37,089 nt of DNA from a virus (lineage: Duplodnaviria; Caudoviricetes), in IMG/VR virus record IMGVR_UViG_3300044676_006175, positions 1-37,089 of that record; one strand, 5' to 3'. The stretch's first letter is position 1. Every line of letters begins with the position of its first letter. This document shows, piece after piece, positions 17,543 to 26,906 of the stretch. Made by a program: the position numbers and the translations under genes. The notes under the pieces were generated by a model. It did not search any database, was not told where the DNA came from, and saw only the letters and a list, made by a program, of their open reading frames with translations.

Positions 17543-20500
17543 ATGCCGCAGCCAAGTAGATACATTACCGCTAGGATAACCTTTCGGAGGGCTACTACAA
17601 AAGAGTGGGAGAATAATGACCCTGTTCTGCTTTCTGGTGAGCCTGCTATTGATACTACCGCAAACAAGTTTAAAATCGGTGACGGCATATCTCCTTGGTC
17701 TAGTTTAGATTATGTTGATGGCGGAGCAGGCGGAGGAGGAGGCTCATTCTGGGTAAATAATGGAAACTTCCCAGAGGCTGTAACTAATGCTGCAGAAGCA
17801 ATTGACTACTTAAAGTTCTGGCAGGACACTTTCGAAGATAATGCAGCAGCATATTTTAATACAGGAGTAGATGGAGGGGACTTTGTTCCATTACATGAAC
17901 TGAATATTTCGGCAGGTACTGGGGGTGCCGCTTCAATCTTAGGTGAGCCTGCAGATTTCAATTCATACCCAGAAGGAACTCAAGTACAGATACAGGCATT
18001 AACATTCAGTAACTATGAATTTTCTAGCTGGTCTGGATTACTGGCTGGCGAAGAAAATAAAGCTTTAACTACAATTACCATGTCAGGACCTAGGGTTTTG
18101 GGCGCAGAGTTTGTAGTGGAGGCACCAAATCAAGCGCCCGATGTAACCCTCAATGGGGATGCTGTGATCACTGTATACGAAGGTGGAGGGTTTTCTGATC
18201 CTGGCGCTATATATGTGGATGATAAAGATGGCACTGGTGTAGCTGCAGCATCTGGTATTGTAGATGTGGATACATTAGGTCAGTACACAATCACCTACAC
18301 TTATACTGACACTGGAGGTCTTACCTCTACTCCCAAAATAAGAATCGTAAATGTAGTCCTGCCCCCCGATGTAGACTCTCCTGTAATCACTCTGAATGGA
18401 GATAGTTCTATTCAACTTGATGAGGACGAAGATTATGTAGAGCAAGGTGCCACATGGACTGACAATAGGGACGGTTCAGGTTCAGTAACCGACATTACAA
18501 CCGACCTTACAGGTCAAGCTTTGCAATCTACTACAACAAACAATTATAGCGTTATTGCCGAAGATGCATCAACCAATGATGTTACAGGCGTAACAATTTC
18601 AGCTTTCCATGACGAAGATGCAATGTATGTCATGGGCAATCCATTCTTACCCGAAGGTGACGGAGTTTGGAGAATAGATTTACAAGTAGTTAAAACAAAT
18701 AGTTCGGTTATCGATGTGTATGCAGAGTTTGATTCTAGCTATAATAGAATTATTGATGCATTTACGGGCACACGATATGGGTTAAGATACGAGTTTTTAA
18801 GAACCGGCTATGGTGCTAGTCCAGATTATTTTGTTTGCTACCCTGTTTGGTCAGAAACTCCTACATCCACAACTATTTTATCACCTGAAGACCCTGCTAC
18901 TTCTAGCACTTTAAATAGTTTGTCATCTGCGTATTTGCGTGGATTTAGATTTAGATATGCGACTGCAGGCGATGTAGTGCATTCAAATGTCAGGCAGATA
19001 AGTTACTCGGCTGGTAGTGCGATTGGTAGCTATACAGTAACATATAATTTTACAGACACTGCAGGAAATTCAGCAACTCCAGTGACAAGGACTATCACGG
19101 TTGTGGATTCCACATTACCTGTAATCACTCTGAATGGAGATAGTTCTATGGGACCACCGCCTGACCAACGGCAGTTATCGGCGGGCTCAACCTATACTGA
19201 GGAGGGTGCTACATGGACAGACAATATAGATGGTAGCGGGAATGTTACAGACATTACAGGCTCAGTGGACACGGGAACACTTGGGGCCTACACAATTACA
19301 TACTCCTACACAGACTCTGCCGGGAATACTGGTACAGCAACAAGAACCATTACGGTAGTAGATAGCGCACTACCAACCATAACATTAAATGGAAGTAACT
19401 TATTAGAGGTTGATGAAGATACAACCTATACCGAGCAGGGTGCCACATGGAGTGACAATATAGACGGATTTGGTGCGGTCACCGATATAACCACCGACCT
19501 TGATATAACCACTCCAGGTACTTACACTGTACGTTATAACTATACCGACACATCTGGCAACAAAGCTACTGAGGTTGTTCGTACTATAACTGTTGTAGCA
19601 GTAGATGTAACCCCTCCATCCATACAGGTACTTGGTAATAATCCAGTTACCTTGGTAGAGGGTCAGACTTATACAGAATATGGTGCTAGTTGGCTTGATG
19701 ATTTCGACGGCAATGGCACAGTCACTGATGTCACTGGATCAGTGAATATTAATACAGCGGGGACTTATACTATAACATATAGTTACACTGATGCTGCAGG
19801 TAATACTGCATCAGATTCAAGGACCGTAAATGTCGTGGCAAACGACCCAATATATGTGTACTCGGAGCCAGATGGAGGATTCTTCTATCCATTGTATAGG
19901 TATTCGTTTGGATTATCAGCCTACCATGAGCATGTACTCGGCGGGGTTACATACTACATGAGGAATAGCGATACGCTAGGCGTGGAAAACGAAGACTGGG
20001 CTCATGGGCACCACTTGTTTCCATCATCTACATTAGGGTTGGAAGCAGGTACTCCCTCGCCAACGGACAGTGATTATGATGGGGTACCTGATGATTTTGA
20101 TTACTGGCCAAGCATAGTATTCATGAAACATACCCAGGAGGAGCTAGATGCATATTTAGCTGACCAATTTAAGGTTATTGAGACAAGGGATGTTGTAAAA
20201 ATTTTAGTCACTAACGGAATTGGAGACGCGGGTGACTATGTTTATGTAACAACAATTTACTCTAGTCCCGAAAAATATAAATTCGTGCGCTCGGATGGCA
20301 CCACATATAATGACGATGATGCATTAGCATCCAACCGAGGATCATTGTGGGAGGTCTATACTGACCCATCTTTACCTAGGAGCGCCCATCCGGACTCAAC
20401 GGCTCCCGTAATATCCGTAACGGGCGATGAGATTACTTATCTTGATTTAAACGAACCTTATGTAGAACAAGGTGCCACATGGACGGATAATGAAGACGGC

Positions 20501-23479
20501 TCTGGTTCAGTAACTGATATAACAGGTACAGTAGACACATCAACCGAGGGACAATATACAGTAACATATGAGCATACTGATAACGCGGGCAATGCGGCCA
20601 CAAAAGTAAGGTATATCAGGATCGTACAACTAGACCAACTAGGTACTGGTGGAGAGACTACGTATTTCCCTGGCATAAACAATACCCTTGGGGGTGGGCA
20701 GATCACCGAGCAGTTAGTGGTCACTGAAGAAGAGTCTACATTCTTCACTACAACCACCGCGCGACCAGAGGTTGGTGATATAATACGCTATACAGGAGCT
20801 GATGCACACGGGTATGTACAAGATCAATTATATGTAGTTTTAGCCTGGAGTATGAACTCTAGTGCCATAGGTGGTTACTACTGGACAATCGCTGACAGGT
20901 TTGGATTTACTATGCCAGTTACTCTTATGGGAAGTAGAGATGGAAACCATCAACCCACACCCGGCGAGCCGAGAACATATTTTACTAAAGTAGTTTTGGC
21001 TGACATAAGCATAGATAATGATGGGGATGGTTTATCAGGATCGGATGATTATTTCTTTGGTACTCAAGGTGTTTCTGTTAGTGAAGTAGAACTAGAAGCA
21101 TTACCAACTTTTCCAATTTCTAACGGTAGTATTCCATTAGGTACAAATCATGTAGTAGCTAAGTATACAGGAGCTACAACCAACGGTTATTTTCAAGGTT
21201 CATGGTATCAGATAACTAGGCAGAGATGGAACTATATCACCAATGCTTATGAGTATACAGCGGTTAATAAGGCTGGTATCACACAGTCTGTACCTTTGAT
21301 TGGTAATTCATCTGGCCCAACAAACGGATCTAACCCTTTAACTAATTGGGATGCGAGGCAACTTCCTCCAGACACGGACGGTGACTTCATAAGAGATGAT
21401 GCTGATTATTTCTACAAGAACGCATCATATACATTAACCAAGGCTGATTTAGATGCTAGGATGGAAGATAATACATCAGCATTACAGGTTGGTGATGTTG
21501 TTAAAATGATACACCGAATCCTTACTACTCAAGAGAATGGAGAGTATTACATCGTAATAGGGGCGGGTAGTAGGCAACGAGGCAATCAGGGTTATAAAGA
21601 TACATGGATTCTAGAATCTGGTGGTGATTTTCCTTATTCAAATGAAACTTATGTATGGCAAGACGAGCGGGGAATTGCTTATGAAAAGATAGTTCCATCT
21701 ACAGCTCAAGCCGATGACTTTGATGGAGATTCTGTCTTAAATAATGATGAGTATTTCCAGTACTCCCCTAATCAAACAGTCTCTCTCTTAGCATTACAAA
21801 CTAACTATGGAACTGATACTATAAATTCGGTTACTCCGGGTTCTGTAGTAGTGGTTACTGCGACTAATTACATAACAAACGCAACCCAAGGCGAATATCT
21901 AATATATAAGGGCACTGTATCCTCAGGGCATGTTTTCCAAAAAGGAAACGGGGAATATGCATTAATAAATACCTCTACTGCACCTATTGAAAGCTATAGG
22001 GTAGGTACATTTAACTTATTAGAGTTTAAAGATAGTGACTATGATTATGATGGTGTAGATAATAACGATGATTACTTCGAGCGTAATGCAGCGTGGACAG
22101 TAACCCAGAATGACCTAGATACACTATATTTCGATGATGCCACAAGGCCCTATCTTCTTGTTGGAGATATATTGGAAGTTAAAACAAGTATCCATATATA
22201 TGGCACCGGAGTTCCAGAGGTAGGGGAGTACATTATATATAAAGGTAAATCGACTGCCTGGCCGTATAAACATGAGTTTGAAAGAGGAAATGGTGTTATT
22301 TATGGAATACAAACGAGCTATATAAATGCTTATCTACCCGGTGGTACATCCTACTCATTCATGCCTCAAACCACTCGTGTTCCGTTGGCTGACGATGACG
22401 GAGACTATGTAGATAACGACATGGACTACTTCTATGGAATATCTGATTTACACTACACCCAAGCTGAACTCGATAGATTTACTAGCGGCATAAAACCAAC
22501 CCCTATTGAGGTAGGGGATGTAATTAAGTACAGATTCAACTCAGGATTAGTATACGGATTTCCACAAAACTCATATTGGAGGGTAGCTAGCATAACTCCA
22601 TGGGGAGATACTGGTCAATATACATATGTACTGACTGGTCGAGATGGCACAAATCACCCACAAACTCTCATTGGTTCATTATATGGCCCAGGTGACGATG
22701 GAGGTTATAGTCTACCAACACGCCCCCGAAATATATATGGATGGGAAACTTCCATTTGGTGGGTAGATCTGGAGGATGTCCCTCAGACAATAGAATACCA
22801 CGACTTTAACACGCTTACCTTTGGCGAACTCACAGCCTATAAGGGTGAGATGACAGACAATGGGTGGTCAGGTAGCTTTGTTTTAACAAGCCAAGGATAT
22901 AGGTTAAGGACTGGTGGTCCAGTGAATTTTTATGCAGTTAGGACACTAACTGTTACTCCTGGTCTCAGGTACAGGATTGAAGCTGACCTTGGCACTATTC
23001 CCCTTGGTCCACCAACCATATCGGTAGGGACTAGTGTGTTTGGGTCTGAAATAACATCCTTAATTCCTAGCCAAGGATTAAATACCTTAGATTTCACAAC
23101 AAATGAGAGCAGTGTTATTATAACATTCCATAATAATTCCTCTGGTGAGTATGCTGACTACAATACGGTCAAGATCAGAACATTACCATACCCCGAAAGT
23201 TACTTCGGTTACTCAAAATTCGATCTTGATACGATAACGGGCACTATATCCGGAGGGGGGCTTCCGACGACAGGCACTATAATTAAGGGTATCGCACCAA
23301 ATAGTGAGCCAATAATTGAAGGGGAGTATTACAGAGTAACAGGTGAAATTCCTGGGGTAGGTTGGACATGTGAAGACGCATACGGCAGCTCCACATACTG
23401 GACTGGTCAACCCTATGAAATTTACCAAGGCGAGCAAGGCACCACTTTTGTAATACCCAACCTAGATCATCTGCCATAA
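17543..23479 (+). CDS. Giant multidomain adhesin/tail fibre (1978 aa)
   Basis: Mtd_N/hyaluronidase-N-like head (RITFRRATTKEW...PVLLSGEPAIDT...FKIGDG...WSSLDY), one InlB-B-repeat-like domain, six DUF5011-type Ig-like repeats (PVITLNG...GATWTD...G-x-YTITY-x-YTD-x-AGN...RTITVV), six DxDxD acidic loops and a C-terminal beta-sandwich. Confidence 0.85.
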   Translation: MPQPSRYITARITFRRATTKEWENNDPVLLSGEPAIDTTANKFKIGDGISPWSSLDYVDGGAGGGGGSFWVNNGNFPEAVTNAAEAIDYLKFWQDTFEDNAAAYFNTGVDGGDFVPLHELNISAGTGGAASILGEPADFNSYPEGTQVQIQALTFSNYEFSSWSGLLAGEENKALTTITMSGPRVLGAEFVVEAPNQAPDVTLNGDAVITVYEGGGFSDPGAIYVDDKDGTGVAAASGIVDVDTLGQYTITYTYTDTGGLTSTPKIRIVNVVLPPDVDSPVITLNGDSSIQLDEDEDYVEQGATWTDNRDGSGSVTDITTDLTGQALQSTTTNNYSVIAEDASTNDVTGVTISAFHDEDAMYVMGNPFLPEGDGVWRIDLQVVKTNSSVIDVYAEFDSSYNRIIDAFTGTRYGLRYEFLRTGYGASPDYFVCYPVWSETPTSTTILSPEDPATSSTLNSLSSAYLRGFRFRYATAGDVVHSNVRQISYSAGSAIGSYTVTYNFTDTAGNSATPVTRTITVVDSTLPVITLNGDSSMGPPPDQRQLSAGSTYTEEGATWTDNIDGSGNVTDITGSVDTGTLGAYTITYSYTDSAGNTGTATRTITVVDSALPTITLNGSNLLEVDEDTTYTEQGATWSDNIDGFGAVTDITTDLDITTPGTYTVRYNYTDTSGNKATEVVRTITVVAVDVTPPSIQVLGNNPVTLVEGQTYTEYGASWLDDFDGNGTVTDVTGSVNINTAGTYTITYSYTDAAGNTASDSRTVNVVANDPIYVYSEPDGGFFYPLYRYSFGLSAYHEHVLGGVTYYMRNSDTLGVENEDWAHGHHLFPSSTLGLEAGTPSPTDSDYDGVPDDFDYWPSIVFMKHTQEELDAYLADQFKVIETRDVVKILVTNGIGDAGDYVYVTTIYSSPEKYKFVRSDGTTYNDDDALASNRGSLWEVYTDPSLPRSAHPDSTAPVISVTGDEITYLDLNEPYVEQGATWTDNEDGSGSVTDITGTVDTSTEGQYTVTYEHTDNAGNAATKVRYIRIVQLDQLGTGGETTYFPGINNTLGGGQITEQLVVTEEESTFFTTTTARPEVGDIIRYTGADAHGYVQDQLYVVLAWSMNSSAIGGYYWTIADRFGFTMPVTLMGSRDGNHQPTPGEPRTYFTKVVLADISIDNDGDGLSGSDDYFFGTQGVSVSEVELEALPTFPISNGSIPLGTNHVVAKYTGATTNGYFQGSWYQITRQRWNYITNAYEYTAVNKAGITQSVPLIGNSSGPTNGSNPLTNWDARQLPPDTDGDFIRDDADYFYKNASYTLTKADLDARMEDNTSALQVGDVVKMIHRILTTQENGEYYIVIGAGSRQRGNQGYKDTWILESGGDFPYSNETYVWQDERGIAYEKIVPSTAQADDFDGDSVLNNDEYFQYSPNQTVSLLALQTNYGTDTINSVTPGSVVVVTATNYITNATQGEYLIYKGTVSSGHVFQKGNGEYALINTSTAPIESYRVGTFNLLEFKDSDYDYDGVDNNDDYFERNAAWTVTQNDLDTLYFDDATRPYLLVGDILEVKTSIHIYGTGVPEVGEYIIYKGKSTAWPYKHEFERGNGVIYGIQTSYINAYLPGGTSYSFMPQTTRVPLADDDGDYVDNDMDYFYGISDLHYTQAELDRFTSGIKPTPIEVGDVIKYRFNSGLVYGFPQNSYWRVASITPWGDTGQYTYVLTGRDGTNHPQTLIGSLYGPGDDGGYSLPTRPRNIYGWETSIWWVDLEDVPQTIEYHDFNTLTFGELTAYKGEMTDNGWSGSFVLTSQGYRLRTGGPVNFYAVRTLTVTPGLRYRIEADLGTIPLGPPTISVGTSVFGSEITSLIPSQGLNTLDFTTNESSVIITFHNNSSGEYADYNTVKIRTLPYPESYFGYSKFDLDTITGTISGGGLPTTGTIIKGIAPNSEPIIEGEYYRVTGEIPGVGWTCEDAYGSSTYWTGQPYEIYQGEQGTTFVIPNLDHLP
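18380..19149 (+). repeat. Exact 32-bp direct repeat CCTGTAATCACTCTGAATGGAGATAGTTCTAT
   Basis: Copies at 18380-18411 and 19118-19149, 738 nt (246 codons) apart. Confidence 0.85.
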
Positions 23480-23838
23480 TGACTGACAAAAACTCCATAC
23501 TATACAAAGTAGGTGTAGCAGTAAAAGAAGCTGTGGGCACAGTCCAAGCCTCTATACCTGATTACCTAGATGGGTCGGGTGGAAGTACAGGTTCTGGCAC
23601 GGGTGGAGTAAATGGTGGATACGATGACTTCTTAGCTGGATTTGGCGTAGGTGGGGATATAGCCGTGGGTGGTACATCAACAAGCGGTACTCTGGAAGCA
23701 AGTGTTCATTTTTCCTCTCAAATTTTAACATCTACACCGATAAATCCATCGGGTGAGGCAACTATGAAGTACGCAATAGATACGGAAGACCTGTATGTGT
23801 ATGACGGGTCAGCCTGGGTAAAATACGAAAACGATTAA
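23479..23838 (+). CDS. Small fibre-associated protein
   Basis: N-terminal ILYKVGVAVK helix, Gly linker, YDDFLAG, C-terminal KYAIDTEDLYVYDGSAW module; TAATG coupling. Confidence 0.7.
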   Translation: MTDKNSILYKVGVAVKEAVGTVQASIPDYLDGSGGSTGSGTGGVNGGYDDFLAGFGVGGDIAVGGTSTSGTLEASVHFSSQILTSTPINPSGEATMKYAIDTEDLYVYDGSAWVKYEND

Positions 23839-23840
23839 AT

Positions 23841-24548
23841 ATGAGTACATTACTTACAACCACATCAACCAGTCGCCCGATCGCCAGTACAGGGGATATG
23901 TACTTTGAGACAGATACAGGTAGGTTAATTATTTACGGGGGATCTGGATGGTCTCAGTATTCTCCCGCTGCGGCAGGAGAGTCTGTAGATGACTCAGGTG
24001 AAATAAATATTTCATATGGTACATTTGATCAAATCCTTGCCCAGGATAAGAGACCTGGAGATTTATTTTACATGCGCCCTGAAGATTATGTCACAGAATT
24101 TACATTCACGAGGATACCTGGGGGTATTAGTGGGCCGGCAAATAATGCTTATTTTTACATCACATTTATGGATGATGATGATGTGTATACTTTGTATACT
24201 GCCCAATTTAGGCTAACGGTAAATAGTACTGGCCCGAGTCATTATGTAGATATGAATGAATCAGATTGGGGAACACCAAACTGGCAGGGCTCACAAAACC
24301 TCATTGATAATTTAGCTGCTAATATTTTCCCTACCGGAACAAGTGCTGTTGTAAGTGGTGAAAATAATGAAACAGTAACCATTATATCTAAGGATTGGTT
24401 TATTATAACGAACACACCAAGTGATGGAATAACTGGCTATATAAACCATACCGTAAACCCGACTGAGTACAAATCATCATCCTTGTTGGTATACAATGGA
24501 TTAGATCAATACGACAATGAAGTATTTTCACAAATAGAAAGTAAATAA
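23841..24548 (+). CDS. Fibre-associated protein
   Basis: N-terminal SRP...GDMYFETDTGRLIIYGGSGW module common in phage fibre proteins. Confidence 0.7.
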   Translation: MSTLLTTTSTSRPIASTGDMYFETDTGRLIIYGGSGWSQYSPAAAGESVDDSGEINISYGTFDQILAQDKRPGDLFYMRPEDYVTEFTFTRIPGGISGPANNAYFYITFMDDDDVYTLYTAQFRLTVNSTGPSHYVDMNESDWGTPNWQGSQNLIDNLAANIFPTGTSAVVSGENNETVTIISKDWFIITNTPSDGITGYINHTVNPTEYKSSSLLVYNGLDQYDNEVFSQIESK

Positions 24549-24549
24549 A

Positions 24550-25569
24550 ATGGCCACACTAACAACATATACAAAATCCACAGAAGCTAATATTCTATCT
24601 AATCCACCATCTGCTGATGGCGAGATGGCGTTCGCGACTGATACAAAAAAGCTTTTTTTATCAGAAGGTACAGACTGGGTATTTTGGTCACCCACTAAGT
24701 ATTTGGGTAAGTATCAGCTTGGTTCTGAATTAGTGGCCAGACCATTTAATCATATTGATATATCCCAGACAAATACATGCTTGGACTCAAATGGGTTGGC
24801 TGTAACAGATGGAGGCTCAGTTGCAAGGATTAGGGACCTAATTAGTAATTCATATGTTGAGACATCAACCGCACTTCAGCAACCAACTATGGTATCTGCA
24901 GCAGGTACCACTCCGTTGGCTTTACCTAATGGGGATGCCCGTATAAATAATCTACCTGTCTTACAATTTGATGGCTCGCAATACCTAAATCCTTCAATCG
25001 AGATGAAGAGGAATCGGATATATGCAAGCGGGGTTACTGTTATGGCGGTGATTAGGCAAACCCCGCAGCCAAAAAATTTAGATAATACTGCGGATAGTTT
25101 ATATTGGATTCCAGATGGTAACTACTCAGCAGTTACTGGTCAATATAATTCAATTTGGATAGCGCCAAGAAAGGATAGTAATGTAAGTAAGTATTGGTAC
25201 AATGGATTTAATGGCTTGGGCATTAACACTCAGGGCATGAATTATTACGACGGGGATCAAGGTGAGTGCACGCTATTTACTGCCCGTGGGTCAATTAATC
25301 CGAACTCCAATAGGCAGGATATTATGTTGAGAATAGTTACCAGTCTTGGGAGTCAGAAAACTTATAATACTGAGTATTCCAGAAGTACTAATGCATCTAC
25401 TGATGATTATGAATTTGGGGGAGTGCAAATAGGCACGAATGCACAATATTCTACCTATACAATGCGTGGAGAAATTGGAGAAATTATATGGTGGAGTGAA
25501 TCTTTGAGTGATTCAGATTATAATAAGGCTGGTCAGTATTTATCAAGCAAGTGGGGATTTACTTGGTGA
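24550..25569 (+). CDS. Fibre protein with ConA/LamG-like receptor-binding domain
   Basis: GEMAFATDTKKLFL...W head, then DGGSVARIRD...QQPT...NNLPVLQFDG...GEIGEIIWW...YLSSKWG lectin-fold pattern. Confidence 0.75.
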   Translation: MATLTTYTKSTEANILSNPPSADGEMAFATDTKKLFLSEGTDWVFWSPTKYLGKYQLGSELVARPFNHIDISQTNTCLDSNGLAVTDGGSVARIRDLISNSYVETSTALQQPTMVSAAGTTPLALPNGDARINNLPVLQFDGSQYLNPSIEMKRNRIYASGVTVMAVIRQTPQPKNLDNTADSLYWIPDGNYSAVTGQYNSIWIAPRKDSNVSKYWYNGFNGLGINTQGMNYYDGDQGECTLFTARGSINPNSNRQDIMLRIVTSLGSQKTYNTEYSRSTNASTDDYEFGGVQIGTNAQYSTYTMRGEIGEIIWWSESLSDSDYNKAGQYLSSKWGFTW

Positions 25570-25811
25570 AAATATATATAGATACAGATAAAGCAAAAGT
25601 AGAGGAAGTACACGATACTTTATCTGCTCACTTTGAATTACCAAAGGGCAGGGTGAAATCCTACTCCACTATAATTGAATATAATGGCGGGTATGGATTC
25701 CTTGTCGCCCTAGAAGGTAATCATGATGTAAGTGACCTCATAGATACAAGTAAGGTTATAGACTATGTAGCACCAGAGCCCGTAGAGGAGGAGCCCGCAG
25801 AGGATGCCTAA
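25566..25811 (+). CDS. Hypothetical protein, possible fibre chaperone
   Basis: GTGA overlap with the lectin gene; small, with an acidic tail. Confidence 0.55.
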   Translation: MKIYIDTDKAKVEEVHDTLSAHFELPKGRVKSYSTIIEYNGGYGFLVALEGNHDVSDLIDTSKVIDYVAPEPVEEEPAEDA

Positions 25812-26004
25812 TGTAGGTACAGATCTATATAAGATCGGACAATTCCTTCGGAATGAGTTTGATAAGATAGAGGTTAGCCTGGGTAATACTGAACAGGAAT
25901 TAACAGACTTAATAAATTTAAGAGCAACAACCGTGTCCCTCGGGAACGTGGAAACGCGTGTAAACGCTCTGGAAACAGAAATAGACGGAGGGACATTCTC
26001 CTAA
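25804..26004 (+). CDS. Small coiled-coil fibre-associated protein
   Basis: TDLYKIGQFLR head, heptads (ETRVNALETE) and C-terminal IDGGTF motif. Confidence 0.7.
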   Translation: MPNVGTDLYKIGQFLRNEFDKIEVSLGNTEQELTDLINLRATTVSLGNVETRVNALETEIDGGTFS

Positions 26005-26022
26005 ACTTAAACAACTAATACA

Positions 26023-26526
26023 ATGGCTACTATTAAATTAAAACGAAGCTCAACTGCATCATCAGTTGGGCCAAATAACGAGGGTGAAATCTCAACGAAC
26101 CTTATTGATAAAAAGATTTTTATTGGTACTGGATCGGGTGTCATTACTTATGTTGATGAGACACAAGTTGACACTAAAATCACCACTGCATTAACGTCTG
26201 CCTTTTCATACAAAGGTACTCAGTCTGGTAATGCACAGGCATCCACTGCGGTTGCCTCTTCTGCTACTGAGCTTCCAGCATCCCCCGAGAATGGTGACTA
26301 CTACAAAATTGACACTGCAGGGTATGTAAAAGCCAATGGCGCAGCTGATACAGCCGCTTTCTTTGTAAATGTTAATGACTCAGTTGTCTACAATGGTACA
26401 GACTGGGACAAAATTGATAACACTAATTCAACTGTAGCCTCATCGGGCTCCTCTATTGCAGTTACTGGTAGTCCAGATGCAGGTTATAATGTAGAGGTTT
26501 CTACCGTTGATGGTGGATCCTACTAA
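26023..26526 (+). CDS. Fibre-associated protein
   Basis: MATIKLKRSS...EGEISTNLIDKKIFIG head, ENGDYYKI...DSVVYNGTDWDKIDN domain and C-terminal VDGGSY. Confidence 0.75.
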   Translation: MATIKLKRSSTASSVGPNNEGEISTNLIDKKIFIGTGSGVITYVDETQVDTKITTALTSAFSYKGTQSGNAQASTAVASSATELPASPENGDYYKIDTAGYVKANGAADTAAFFVNVNDSVVYNGTDWDKIDNTNSTVASSGSSIAVTGSPDAGYNVEVSTVDGGSY

Positions 26527-26528
26527 CA

Positions 26529-26906
26529 TTGGCTAAGATTCTTCCAAAAAGGTCGAGTGTTCGGGGGTTAGTCCCTGACACTACCGACCTTGCAGCGGGT
26601 GAGATCGCAATCAACTCTGCGGATGCAAAGTTGTATGTTCGTGGTGCGTCCAATAATATTGTCACACTAGCCACGGGTAACGCAGACTCATACACCACCA
26701 ATACCTATACAGATGGTGTGCTTACCGGGCAATCCAAGTACACATCAGATGGCGGGGATTTGCTTGAGACTAAGACATTTACCTATACAAACGGCAACCT
26801 CACGCAGGTCGTAGTAAAGTATGGTGATGATACAATCATCCTCACGCAAACAATAGCATACGATGGAGATGGTAATGTCTCATCAATTACAAAGGATTAC
26901 GCATAA
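26529..26906 (+). CDS. Fibre-associated protein with YD-like hairpins (TTG start)
   Basis: AKILPKRSS...LAAGEIAINSADAKLYV head; TFTYTNGNLTQV and IAYDGDGNVSSI hairpins. Confidence 0.7.
   Translation: MAKILPKRSSVRGLVPDTTDLAAGEIAINSADAKLYVRGASNNIVTLATGNADSYTTNTYTDGVLTGQSKYTSDGGDLLETKTFTYTNGNLTQVVVKYGDDTIILTQTIAYDGDGNVSSITKDYA

Noticed and set aside
17543-23479. Diversity-generating retroelement target, suggested by the Mtd_N-like domain
   Set aside because: No reverse transcriptase, Avd or template/variable repeat pair differing at adenines was seen in the window; Mtd_N-like heads are widespread without DGRs.
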